DNA of 64,000 bases. Source: Obrimoposthia wandeli (Eukaryota). Made by a program: the position numbers and the translations under genes. The notes below the pieces were generated by a model. That model did not search any database and was not told where the DNA came from. It worked only from the letters and a program-made list of their open reading frames with translations. Location: NCBI GenBank assembly GCA_977020255.1, contig CDROCS010002469.1, forward strand, positions 124,001 through 188,000, given 5' to 3'. Below are positions 9,112 through 19,152 of this stretch, piece after piece; positions within the stretch are counted from its first letter, which is position 1; every line of letters starts with the position of its first letter.

Positions 9112-10236
9112 TTACAACTTATCAATGGTGCTGTGTAAGGCATTTAAACAAGCCACTCCTAATTTTTGGCTGCGCATTGGAGACCAGCCAACAAATTTAT
9201 CCGGCGTTAATTCTGTATCTTTAAACGGCATTTCTAACGTCATCACTAACGCATTAAAGTGCTCTGCTAAGTAATTGGTGCCGACGGTCATTAATGCTTC
9301 GCCATGCTTATCTTTCTCATAACCAATCTCAGTTTGAAAATCAGGGCTAGCTGTCACTAATGCTTGTTGGTAATGATCAAGTAATTGTTGACGCGAATCA
9401 TTCCAGCTAGGGATACCTTCAGAGCCTGCTATAAAGTTGTATGCTAATGCTTCATCGCCATGCACATCTAGGCAAAAATCCATACCGGTTTGCTGCATTT
9501 TTTCACGCACTAAAAAGACTTCAGGGCTGCGTTCCATACTAGGCTCTAACCATTCACGATTAAGATTAGCTCCCATAGCATTGGTTCTTAAGTTGCCACG
9601 TAAGCTGCCATCTGGGTTCATGTTAGGCACCACATAAAAGACTGCTTTTTTGAGCAACTCACGCGCTATCGGATCTTCTGGGTCTAATAGCGAATCAAGC
9701 ATCCCTTCCATCCACCACTGTGCCATCGTTTCACCGGGGTGTTGACGTGCGATCATCCAGCAGATTTTCTTGTTTTCGCCATCTTCGCCTATTTTTAGAA
9801 GATCCATATCTTGGCCATCACAAGTGTAACCAAGATGAACATACTCAGCGAACTCACTGAGCTGTGCATTGGCTATCAGATCGCGATGACGCTCCATAGA
9901 ATAAGGAGCAAAGTAAGCGTAATAAACACTATCGCATTCGGGGGTATGGTTGATTGTTAATGACTCACCATCAAAGCTGGTAGATACTCGAAACCAAACT
10001 TGGCGATCATAAGAAGCAACCGCTTGATAGTTTTTCCATCCATCAACGTAACTAGCGCCGTGTGCGTTGATTATCTTCATATCACAGCTAACATCTTTAG
10101 CGCCTGTTAGACGATAATGGAACCATTGATAAAAATCAGATGCATTATCATTGGGGATACTTAAGGTGATATTACCGTTAGTATTTATCTCAAGACATTC
10201 AATTTTACCACTATCAAAATTATGACTTATTTTCAT
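9112..10236 (-). CDS. M14 family cytosolic (Nna1/CCP-like) zinc carboxypeptidase
   Basis: SHNFDSG N-domain, WFHYRL, YFAPYS, ARQHPGE (HxxE), NPDG, NLNREW, LDVHG. Confidence 0.9.
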   Translation of the reverse strand: MKISHNFDSGKIECLEINTNGNITLSIPNDNASDFYQWFHYRLTGAKDVSCDMKIINAHGASYVDGWKNYQAVASYDRQVWFRVSTSFDGESLTINHTPECDSVYYAYFAPYSMERHRDLIANAQLSEFAEYVHLGYTCDGQDMDLLKIGEDGENKKICWMIARQHPGETMAQWWMEGMLDSLLDPEDPIARELLKKAVFYVVPNMNPDGSLRGNLRTNAMGANLNREWLEPSMERSPEVFLVREKMQQTGMDFCLDVHGDEALAYNFIAGSEGIPSWNDSRQQLLDHYQQALVTASPDFQTEIGYEKDKHGEALMTVGTNYLAEHFNALVMTLEMPFKDTELTPDKFVGWSPMRSQKLGVACLNALHSTIDKL

Positions 10237-10620
10237 GGGAGCCCTGTTAGTACCAGTATAGGAGAATATCTCGCTATTTTATCGGGTAATAATATCAGCC
10301 GAACAATTAGCACGCCATAGTGTATTCGTAAAACATGGCTGACTGATTAAAAACATAAGCTATCTAACTCATTGATTCATAGTTTTCAAGATGGATTTCT
10401 ATTATAGCTAAATAGTTATTTTTCAACCAAATAATACCTGTCGCTAGCGTAAAATCCAAGAGGCACAGAGCAACAAAAATTGAACCGGACTGCTAAGTCA
10501 ATAAAAGCTACAAAGGGACTCAATTGTTATGAAATTAACAGTAAATCAGCACCTAACTGCGGCTGATTTATAAGATTAACTTTAAGTTTTTAGCACCCCT
10601 AAAGCCCCTCTCAATTTTGA

Positions 10621-11217
10621 TTATAAATACTGCCCTACGTTTTTTACCATCATATCTACATACTTTTCTTTCTCGCCGACAGGTGCTACATAATAAATGG
10701 CACTTTTTGCTGCATCCATACCTTCTGTTTTCGCAATGAGCCACGCGGCCAGATATTGCGAGGCGATGCATCCACCAGCCGTTGCAACATTACCACTGGC
10801 AAATAAAGGTTGGTTAAGCACTTCAATGCCCGCTTCTTGCACCCAAGGCTTAGTAGTTAAGTCAGTGCAGGCAGGCACTTTACCTAACAAGCTTAGCTTT
10901 GCCAGTATTAAAGTGCCAGAGCACTGCGCTGCCAACAATTGTCGAGTTGGGTCTAGTTGTAATTGTTTCATTAACTCGCTGTTAGCGACAATTTCACGGG
11001 TTTTCATGCCACTTCCTATAATAACGGCACCCGCTGTGCGTACTTCTTCTATTGGTATATGCCGTTCGATAACCACACCATTCATTGATTTTACGGAAAG
11101 TGTAGGACTTGCAATTGAGACCCTCCAGCCAGGTTTTTTAATACGATTCAAAATACCTAAGGCGATCAGTGAATCTAACTCGTTAAATCCATCGAAGGTT
11201 AAAATGGCTATATGCAT
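10621..11217 (-). CDS. DJ-1/PfpI family protein
   Basis: IAILTFDGFNELD, AQCSG nucleophile Cys, TAGGC; start likely ATG 11217. Confidence 0.85.
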   Translation of the reverse strand: MHIAILTFDGFNELDSLIALGILNRIKKPGWRVSIASPTLSVKSMNGVVIERHIPIEEVRTAGAVIIGSGMKTREIVANSELMKQLQLDPTRQLLAAQCSGTLILAKLSLLGKVPACTDLTTKPWVQEAGIEVLNQPLFASGNVATAGGCIASQYLAAWLIAKTEGMDAAKSAIYYVAPVGEKEKYVDMMVKNVGQYL

Positions 11218-11317
11218 AATGCTCTCCTGTTGTTTTTTACTGCTATTATTTTCGTCAGTAATTATCATTACCGCAATTCAAGTAATAATTGTTAATCCGC
11301 AGTATATCCACTAACAT

Positions 11318-11341
11318 CATGACAATAAAATAATTGTCATG
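11318..11341. promoter_or_regulatory. Perfect inverted repeat CATGACAAT-N6-ATTGTCATG, candidate MocR operator
   Basis: Seen directly between the divergent DJ-1 and mocR genes; it overlaps the first ATG, so the true mocR start is probably 11354. Confidence 0.55.
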
Positions 11342-11353
11342 GATACAATTTAC

Positions 11354-12688
11354 ATGCCTAGCCCTAGATACAAACGTATTGTCGATGATATTGCTGCGCA
11401 GATTAACAGCGGCCAACTCGCTCCTGGTTTCAAACTCGCCACCCATCGAAAACTCGCTGCGCAGCATAAGATTGCCTTAGTCACTGCCTCTAGAGTGTAT
11501 GCACAATTAGAGAGCATGGGCTTAGTCAGCGGTGAAACGGGGCGAGGTACTTTTGTACGAGAAACAGCCCTGCCAGTTGGCAACGGCATAGACCAACCCC
11601 AAGCGAGTGAAGGCTTAATTGATCTCAATTTCAACTCCCCTTCACTGCCAAGCCAAACGCAGTTATTGCGCAACAGCTTACGTCAGCTTTCTTTATCCGG
11701 CGATTTAGAAGCACTGTTGCATTATCAGCCGCATGCGGGCCGCAAGCACGAACGTGCCATCATTGCCAAGCATTTAAAAGCAAGTGGCGTAGATGTGGAT
11801 GCTCAACAAGTATTGATTGTTAGTGGTGCTCAGCATGGTCTCGCCTGCACGGTTATGACTTTGCTTAACCCCGGTGATGTGGTTGTTATTGATGCCCTAA
11901 CCTATCCAGGTTTTAAGGTATTGGCCCAAGTCCATCGTTTAGAGCTAGTATCAATTCCTGTCACTACACAAGGCCCTGATTTAGAAGCACTAAACAATAT
12001 TTGTAACCAACGTAAAGTGCGCGCCATTTATAGCATGCCAACGATGCACAACCCTTTAGGCTGGGTGCTAAGTATGCAACAACGCGAGCGCATCGTCGCG
12101 ATTGCCGAGCAACATGATTTACTGATCATTGAAGATGCCGCATATGCTTTTTTGGCAAAAAATCCACCGCCACCGCTTATCTCATTAGCACCTGATAACT
12201 GTGTGTATGTTTCGGGGATTTCTAAAAGCATCGCAACCGGGTTGCGCGTAGGTTATGTTGCAGCGCCTGAAAAATGGGTGGCAAAAATTGACCGGACGAT
12301 AAGAGCAACAACGTGGAACACACCCAGTTTAATGACGTCACTGGCCTGTACTTGGATCGAAGATAAAACAGTGATAACACTCGAAAACGAGAAACGCCAA
12401 GATGCAATATTACGCCAAAACATCGCTAGACAAATTTTCACTGATTTTGCTTATATAAGCCACCCGGCCAGCTACTTCCTATGGTTACCCTTGCCGGAAG
12501 AAGTGCGTGCCGATCAAATTGTCATGTCACTATTACAAGAGAACATTGCCGTTTCAAATGCAGAACCTTTTGCTACCTCTGAAGTTGTGCCACATGCTAT
12601 TCGTATCGCTTTAGGCTCTGTGTCCATTGAAGTGCTGAAAAAATCTCTGCAAAACATACGAGAAGTGATCGATAACTATGCTTACTAA
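11354..12688 (+). CDS. MocR/GabR-type PLP-dependent GntR regulator
   Basis: N-terminal wHTH (LAPGFKLATHRKLAAQHKI...G.V.GETGRGTFV) fused to an aminotransferase class I domain (HNPLG, IIEDAAY, SKSIATGLRVGY). Confidence 0.92.
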   Translation: MPSPRYKRIVDDIAAQINSGQLAPGFKLATHRKLAAQHKIALVTASRVYAQLESMGLVSGETGRGTFVRETALPVGNGIDQPQASEGLIDLNFNSPSLPSQTQLLRNSLRQLSLSGDLEALLHYQPHAGRKHERAIIAKHLKASGVDVDAQQVLIVSGAQHGLACTVMTLLNPGDVVVIDALTYPGFKVLAQVHRLELVSIPVTTQGPDLEALNNICNQRKVRAIYSMPTMHNPLGWVLSMQQRERIVAIAEQHDLLIIEDAAYAFLAKNPPPPLISLAPDNCVYVSGISKSIATGLRVGYVAAPEKWVAKIDRTIRATTWNTPSLMTSLACTWIEDKTVITLENEKRQDAILRQNIARQIFTDFAYISHPASYFLWLPLPEEVRADQIVMSLLQENIAVSNAEPFATSEVVPHAIRIALGSVSIEVLKKSLQNIREVIDNYAY

Positions 12689-12819
12689 TTACCTATTAAG
12701 TTATCCCTTCTGTTATTTATAGGGTTATTTATTTAGTGATAGCTTGATGAAATGGGTGAGCTTAAACACAGCAAAAATATAAGCGTACTGTGTTTTTTTA
12801 CGAAATTTATAGTTTAAAA

Positions 12820-13605
12820 TTAAAGATGATGATTACGCCTTTGAGTTGTTTCTTCGTCTTTGCTAAACTTGACGCAAATCAGGCTAATATTGTCTCTGGC
12901 TTCACGCGATTTTGCCATCGACATTAAGTGCTTTACTGTTGCTTTTACATCCATACAGCGTTGCATCGCCTGGCAAATTTCAGCTTCTGCTACTTCTTTA
13001 AAAAGCCCGTCACTGCAAATCAAATATAGATCATTTGACTCGATCTGATTTATTTCAACATCAACCTCTAATTCATCTGCAGCGCCTATCGCTCTGGTAA
13101 TCACATTTGCATCAGGATGCGCTTCAGCATCGCTTGCAGCTAATAAACCTAAGTTCACCATTTCTTGAACTTGGCTATGATCGCAAGAGATCGCGTCAAA
13201 CAGGTTGTTTCGTAATCGATACACTCTACTATCTCCAGCCCATAGAACGGCACAGCGATCCTTAGTTGCCACTAAAACCGCCACAGTGCTGCCTATGGTG
13301 GTCGATTTTTCTCTGCTATGTGCTATATCCAGTAGCGCGCGATTGACCTTTTGCAAATTAAATTCAACGGCTTCGATATAAGCTTCAATAAAAGGAAATT
13401 GATACAATTGCTGTAATTGATCGACTATAGCCATACTCGCTACATCACCAGCATCATGGCCCCCCATGCCATCGGCTACAACCCACATGCCTATATCCGG
13501 AAAATCTAAGCAGGCATCTTCATTAATTGAACGCACGTTCCCCTTATCTGTCATCGCTGCTGATTGCCAGGTAAATTGATTCGATAAATTCATAATGACT
13601 TCCAT
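12820..13605 (-). CDS. pppA: PP2C-family Ser/Thr phosphatase of the T6SS
   Basis: TDKGNVRSINEDA, VVADGMGGH, GSTV, WAGDSRVY, LICSDGL, RDNIS; last gene of the tssKLM-tagF operon. Confidence 0.88.
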   Translation of the reverse strand: MEVIMNLSNQFTWQSAAMTDKGNVRSINEDACLDFPDIGMWVVADGMGGHDAGDVASMAIVDQLQQLYQFPFIEAYIEAVEFNLQKVNRALLDIAHSREKSTTIGSTVAVLVATKDRCAVLWAGDSRVYRLRNNLFDAISCDHSQVQEMVNLGLLAASDAEAHPDANVITRAIGAADELEVDVEINQIESNDLYLICSDGLFKEVAEAEICQAMQRCMDVKATVKHLMSMAKSREARDNISLICVKFSKDEETTQRRNHHL

Positions 13606-13713
13606 ACGCCTCGTGCATTTTGCACATCACTTACTAAAAAAATCCTGACTTATTTTTCTCTCAAATTATTGCTCTACTTCTCGCACAAGTTCTCATCCAA
13701 ATTCTCACTCTAA

Positions 13714-14412
13714 TTACCACTGCTCCCAACTACCACTATTCCAATCACCTGTTAACATCGCTGAAAAATCAGCAGCTAGAGGCATACCTGCGCAAACCAG
13801 CAAACTTGCAGGTACCCGCTGCGATCCGCTACCCCACCACAAACTATAATCTGATAAGCGCTGTAATAATAATTGATGAGTTATACTTGGAACCCCCACC
13901 GCTGCATCCGCGGTTGCTAAAGGCAATTGCCAGGCGCTACCAAAACCTAAGTTAGTAGCTTGGCCCGCTGACGCGTTGTTGCTAGTTAAATCACCTAAGC
14001 CTACTACTTTCGAATCAAATGCCTCTATATTGAACCTAGGGTCTTCTAACGCGCTTATTAATATATCTTCTGCATTATCGAACCACCCTTTAGCCGCAGT
14101 CATCGCTTGTATAGGGTTAACGTCTATTGGCAACTGGCAAGCGATAGTCAAGGGGAAGTAGCGACCGACACTGTCAACACTTGGCATTACTAAACCAGCC
14201 CAAGGATATTCGCCTGACAACCCTTTAGAGAGCACAAAGCGCCAAATAGGGCTGGTTAGATATAGATCCAACCATTCACTCCCAAGTTTAGCTTTGCTGT
14301 TAGTAATGCCGCTTTGAAGCCAGTAATCCCAAGGCTCTACAAAACTATTAGGTAAGCGGCGATTAACAAAGTCACCCGTATTGGGGATTTTTCCGTAAAA
14401 ACCTGTATTCAT
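13714..14412 (-). CDS. tagF: T6SS post-translational repressor TagF
   Basis: GFYGKIP..GDFV.RRLP..FV..WD.WLQ.G, MPSVDSVGRYFPL, SLWW. Confidence 0.92.
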   Translation of the reverse strand: MNTGFYGKIPNTGDFVNRRLPNSFVEPWDYWLQSGITNSKAKLGSEWLDLYLTSPIWRFVLSKGLSGEYPWAGLVMPSVDSVGRYFPLTIACQLPIDVNPIQAMTAAKGWFDNAEDILISALEDPRFNIEAFDSKVVGLGDLTSNNASAGQATNLGFGSAWQLPLATADAAVGVPSITHQLLLQRLSDYSLWWGSGSQRVPASLLVCAGMPLAADFSAMLTGDWNSGSWEQW

Positions 14413-14461
14413 TGCTTGCCTATTTATACTTGCCTATCTATTGGTTTATCGGCTTATCTGT

Positions 14462-17400
14462 TTATAGCCGGTTAGGGCAGCGAAAGTTATGCATCTGCGC
14501 TGTTTGAAAAGGGTTAGAAACAGTATTAGCCTTTAGTTTCCAGGTTGATTTAAAGCCTTTAAGACTGAAAGTTGCCTGAACTTCATTACTCGATTTAACT
14601 GTGACTTTTGATCTATCCAGCAATCTAAACAAAGCCCAAGCGCCTTCTATGGTGGTTGCCGCTTTGCGATTACTATTATTTTGAAACACCATTCTCAACT
14701 GATTATTAGAATTAGGAGCAGGCCAGCGAGCATTGTGAGTTCTCGCGGGGCCGTGGCGATACCTAAACTGTTGTCCCTCTAAATTTAAGCTGAAACTTTT
14801 TACATCGGCATCCAAAAAAGTGGGCTTTAAGCCAAAGCTAACGGCCGGTGTTTGCCCACCTGACTGGAAGTAAGCATCGCGAATACCCGCGGCACGCTTA
14901 AATTGCACCAAGGTATTATTCGACATGCCAATGTAACTGTTACCTATAGGTTTCCAGCTCCATCTGCCTTTAGAAGACACCCTAACAAATGGTTTGACGT
15001 TATCTTCATAGAAAGCATCGATTAGCCCCCCTGGGCCAAATAGCTTGCCAAAATCTAACAAAGCGATGTCTCGCGAGCTCTTTCTATAAAATGGATATCG
15101 ATTTTGAATGGCCTTTTTGCACAAAGGTAATACTTCTGCCTGCCAAATTTGGTTAACCTGCCCTCTAGCACCCGACATTGTCACGCTGCGGCTATTTTGC
15201 ATAATTTGTTGCATCCAGCTTTTAACAGGTTCAGGCATCCGCGTGGTTTCAGATTGCATGCGCGTTAGTAAATCTCCGGCGACACCTTCTGTTGCTGCAC
15301 TTAAAGAATCTGAACCAATGCCAACTGACATCGTTTCAAATTGGCCAAACAATTGTGCAAATAAATTATAGAGCTGATCGATGGGCGCTCCACCTGCCTC
15401 TGTTTTTTCAATGTAGTTATTGATCAAATCGAAGTGATCGTCCACTTGTTTTTCAGGGTGCTTTATCTCGGTGGCAATACTCCCTCCTGTGGCCGATAAC
15501 AATAACCTTGATAAACGCCCTTGATCTTCACCTGTTACTTTGCCAACCGCTTTATCTATCAAGCCTTCTTCAAACAATGAGGTGTTTTTTGCGGTAGCTT
15601 GTAGTAAGTTTTTCATCGGAGAATTAGGAGATGCTAATGTATCTAATATATCAGTTGCTTGGCTCAAGGTTTTAAAGCGATTGATACGCAAATCATTGAG
15701 TAAAATATCCCAACTCAAGGTGTAATCATTGAAATAACGTGTCTGCAGTTCGCCTTTTAACTGCTTCACTTCAGGTAAGGATAGCGCTTCCTTTTTAGGA
15801 TCTAATACCCAGTTTTCCTCGCTGGATATTAGCGATACTGCTGTCATTTTATCTTTAAAAAACGCCTGATAACCCTCTGCCGTGAATAAGCTAGAAATTC
15901 CTTGATTTAGATCCTTTCCGCTTTCGCGATAAAATACTTTTTCCCCTAGTGAGCCCATCGCATCGATTAACTTAAAAGGAGCTTGATCTTGCGCGACATA
16001 GTCACGCTTCATCCGCCCGTACAATAATTCCGACAGCGGCACCGACTGCAATGTCAATCTTGAACTGGCTACTATGTCTTGATTCAATCCCAGAGGAGAG
16101 AAACCTAGAGATAGCATTTGTGACATATGTTTTTGAAACTGCCCTTGGATTTCTGGGTTTTGCGGGTACAAGCCTTGCCAATCAAACGACATCCAAAGAG
16201 ATAGAAATTCTTTATCTAATTTGTCTTCATCACCCAGCATTAAGTAAGCTTTAAGCGCTTCGTATTTCAAATCTGGGCCAGTATCTGCATCGATCAAATG
16301 ATGTTCTAATCGGTATTTTATGGAAGGTAATAGCAGACGATTAAGTTCATTTTGATACAGCCCTTGAGCGGCAATTGTCAGCTTATCTCCCTGATAAAGG
16401 CCCATGCCCATCAGCACAGGTACGCTCCCTTCAAAGGGTTGATACACTCTGCTTAAAGTGCGTGCTTCATTTAACTTTTTCAATAACAAGTCATAGTCAT
16501 CCAAGGCTACTGAGTTACTTAAGTTAAGAGCTTGGTATTGCTCAAGTGCCCCCTTAAACTCATAAATATAGACTTCGTTGCGCGTTAAACTGGTCATCCA
16601 AGCAACAATAGCAAGTGCCGTTGTTGACAGTACCGCTGCATAGGTAAAATGTTGTAGCCATTGGCGCTTAAACTCAAGCCGATGGTTTTTACCCACTAAA
16701 CCCGCTTCGTTAAAAATGACATCTTGTAGCAGCTTGTTAACAAAATAACTGCGCCCTTGCCCTTGATAAGGCTTGAGCATTTGCCCTGATAGGCCAAACG
16801 TTTTTGATAGTGAGCCCACCACCCTATCGATAGGAGTCCCCTCTTGTGTTCCACTGGTAAAATAAACCCCACGTACCAACATCGATTGATCATAGCGGCT
16901 GTCTGAAAATAAATTACCCAAAAAATTCTTCAACAGCTCCCGCATACTCGCCAATTGCTGTGGGAAGGAAAACAACACCGCGCGACGCTGTGGGTCGCGC
17001 TCCTGCTGCATGCGCCACAACAGTCTGTCATTCAACCTCAACAGTAAAGCATCAAATTCTTGCATAAACGTGTCTATCGGATTTCTATACTCAGCTTTAG
17101 GATCAAATTGAAAACTTACGCCCCAAACTTGTCGACGATCCTCTTGCGATAAATCTTCGAAAAATTCGTTAAAGCCTGCGATTAAATCACTTTTTGTGAA
17201 CATTAAATAAATCGGAAATTGCACCGCTAAATGCTGATCAAGTTCTTGTAAACGCTTTTTGATCGCCACTAAATGCAGCTCTCTTTGAGCTTCATTTTGG
17301 GTGAATAAATCAGCAAGGCTGATAGAGACAATAGCGCCGTTGATTGGCCGACGAGAGCGATGCTTTTTAAGCAATTGCAAAAACCCCACCCAAGCTGCAC

Positions 17401-17998
17401 CATCCACTTCTTGGTGGCTGTCTTGAGTGGTATAGCGCCCTGCGGTATCTAACAATACCGCTTCCTCGCTAAACCACCAATCACAATTTCGCGTACCTGC
17501 AACCCCTTGCAAAGAGGCGCTACCAAAGCGATCAGCCAGCGGAAAATTCAAGCCAGAATTTAACAGCGCCGTTGTTTTACCACTGCCTGGCGGACCTATG
17601 ATGATGTACCAAGGTAAGTCGTAAATACCTGCCGCGCCTTTTTTCCCCGAAGTTTTTTTCATCACTTGTAGCGCTTCATCAAAGCGCTCTTTAAGCTGGG
17701 CCACTTCCTCTTTTGATTGAGCTTGATTCGGATTTTCTGCAGCAACAGGTAACTCAAAACCACTCACCAGTTCTGAGTTAGCTTTATTTACCTGCAATTG
17801 AATGCGCATGTTGTTTAAACCCCACAACACCACTATGATCAAAATAACACTCAAACGTACTATCTCTGTTTTTAAAGGTATCTCCCCTGCAATCGCGATC
17901 ATAGGACCAACAACCCAGATTAATACACTCAGCGCAAATAACCCCAGCAATGAGATAAACCAACGGTTTTTGAATATGCCAAATATTTTCTTAAACAT
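14462..17998 (-). CDS. tssM: T6SS membrane complex subunit TssM (IcmF)
   Basis: N-terminal TMs, LPWYIIIGPPGSGKTT Walker A, NCDWWF, LDTAGRYTTQDS, RGVYFTSGTQEG, C-terminal FRCP. Confidence 0.95.
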   Translation of the reverse strand: MFKKIFGIFKNRWFISLLGLFALSVLIWVVGPMIAIAGEIPLKTEIVRLSVILIIVVLWGLNNMRIQLQVNKANSELVSGFELPVAAENPNQAQSKEEVAQLKERFDEALQVMKKTSGKKGAAGIYDLPWYIIIGPPGSGKTTALLNSGLNFPLADRFGSASLQGVAGTRNCDWWFSEEAVLLDTAGRYTTQDSHQEVDGAAWVGFLQLLKKHRSRRPINGAIVSISLADLFTQNEAQRELHLVAIKKRLQELDQHLAVQFPIYLMFTKSDLIAGFNEFFEDLSQEDRRQVWGVSFQFDPKAEYRNPIDTFMQEFDALLLRLNDRLLWRMQQERDPQRRAVLFSFPQQLASMRELLKNFLGNLFSDSRYDQSMLVRGVYFTSGTQEGTPIDRVVGSLSKTFGLSGQMLKPYQGQGRSYFVNKLLQDVIFNEAGLVGKNHRLEFKRQWLQHFTYAAVLSTTALAIVAWMTSLTRNEVYIYEFKGALEQYQALNLSNSVALDDYDLLLKKLNEARTLSRVYQPFEGSVPVLMGMGLYQGDKLTIAAQGLYQNELNRLLLPSIKYRLEHHLIDADTGPDLKYEALKAYLMLGDEDKLDKEFLSLWMSFDWQGLYPQNPEIQGQFQKHMSQMLSLGFSPLGLNQDIVASSRLTLQSVPLSELLYGRMKRDYVAQDQAPFKLIDAMGSLGEKVFYRESGKDLNQGISSLFTAEGYQAFFKDKMTAVSLISSEENWVLDPKKEALSLPEVKQLKGELQTRYFNDYTLSWDILLNDLRINRFKTLSQATDILDTLASPNSPMKNLLQATAKNTSLFEEGLIDKAVGKVTGEDQGRLSRLLLSATGGSIATEIKHPEKQVDDHFDLINNYIEKTEAGGAPIDQLYNLFAQLFGQFETMSVGIGSDSLSAATEGVAGDLLTRMQSETTRMPEPVKSWMQQIMQNSRSVTMSGARGQVNQIWQAEVLPLCKKAIQNRYPFYRKSSRDIALLDFGKLFGPGGLIDAFYEDNVKPFVRVSSKGRWSWKPIGNSYIGMSNNTLVQFKRAAGIRDAYFQSGGQTPAVSFGLKPTFLDADVKSFSLNLEGQQFRYRHGPARTHNARWPAPNSNNQLRMVFQNNSNRKAATTIEGAWALFRLLDRSKVTVKSSNEVQATFSLKGFKSTWKLKANTVSNPFQTAQMHNFRCPNRL

Positions 17999-18978
17999 CA
18001 GTCAGCTGCCCCCGAGTTCTGCCCTTGTATTATCCCGTCAACTTGATTCAATGCCCCTCGTTGCTCAATTTCAAGCAGATTAATCTCTTGGTAAATAGGC
18101 TCTGTACTGGTACTAATAATAAACCTAAACCCGGTATACACTAATAAAAGCAGCAAACCCGCCAATGCTATTACGACCCACAGCGGTATATATTTTACGA
18201 GTACATTGCGTTTATCTGGCACGCCTTGCCAACGCGGAGAAAGCTCTCTTTCAAAATCTCCGCGCACTCGGCTAATCGTGCGATAAAGCTCATCTTGTAT
18301 TGTCATTAATTGTGAAGTGCCACCTTCAACAGCGCCTAGTTTTCCTCGAAAACCAAACAGCAGGCATAAGTAAATGAATTCCAGAATTTCTAAGTTTGTA
18401 CTAGGATCTGGCTTGAGCTTATCAAGCACTAAGAAGAACTTTTCACCGCCCCAATTCTCATTATGAAAAGTGCTCAATAACGTTTGAGCGCCCCAATTGC
18501 TTTCGCTACCCCAGGGAGTGGACATAATGTTTTCATCTAAAAAGGTGCATAGAATATAGCGCGCTGTTAACGTTGTTTCCTGATCAATCCCACTCGCTCT
18601 GGAACTGTCTTCAAACAACCTAATCTGTTGAATCAAATCTGCTTTTAAAGTACCTATATTTTGTTGGGAAACTGAATTTCGCAGCTGAGTTGCCAGCATT
18701 AACAGCGTGTAGCTATTATCCACCAAAGTATTTAAACCAGACCCTTTTAAAAAGTTCAGTTTAGCCGCATTACCGCGCTGAGCAGATGGGTATGAAGGCG
18801 CGCTAGCATTCATATCAAAAGAAGAGCTAGTCGGCTGGTGATAAGAGCTACTCAAAGGTTGCGCTGGGTAATCAACAGGGGGTGGCTGCACAGGCGCTAC
18901 AGGTTTGCGGCCCCCTGGAGCAGGCCTTATTACTGTGCGATCATTATTATCACTTGCAAAAGGATCATCCGAACTCAT
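17998..18978 (-). CDS. tssL: T6SS TssL (DotU), no C-terminal OmpA domain
   Basis: ARYILCTFLDE...TPWG...W....LL..FHNE.WGGEKFF, LEFIYLCL..GF.GK, ELSPRWQG, C-terminal TM. Confidence 0.93.
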   Translation of the reverse strand: MSSDDPFASDNNDRTVIRPAPGGRKPVAPVQPPPVDYPAQPLSSSYHQPTSSSFDMNASAPSYPSAQRGNAAKLNFLKGSGLNTLVDNSYTLLMLATQLRNSVSQQNIGTLKADLIQQIRLFEDSSRASGIDQETTLTARYILCTFLDENIMSTPWGSESNWGAQTLLSTFHNENWGGEKFFLVLDKLKPDPSTNLEILEFIYLCLLFGFRGKLGAVEGGTSQLMTIQDELYRTISRVRGDFERELSPRWQGVPDKRNVLVKYIPLWVVIALAGLLLLLVYTGFRFIISTSTEPIYQEINLLEIEQRGALNQVDGIIQGQNSGAAD

Positions 18979-19152
18979 TACCTAACTCCCTGTTAACCAA
19001 TAAAAAACTTTGAGTATTACTACTTAATTTTAATACCGGCTCATCTCTACATTGCTGGCGGATCATGTTAGTTACATGCTGTAAAACGTTGCATTGTTGT
19101 TTGGCTAAAAAATGTACGCCCTTATAAAAAAGCTAGCTCTTATAAGACTTAT

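Noticed and set aside
10697-11314. 205-aa + strand ORF
   Set aside because: Antisense shadow of the DJ-1/PfpI gene.
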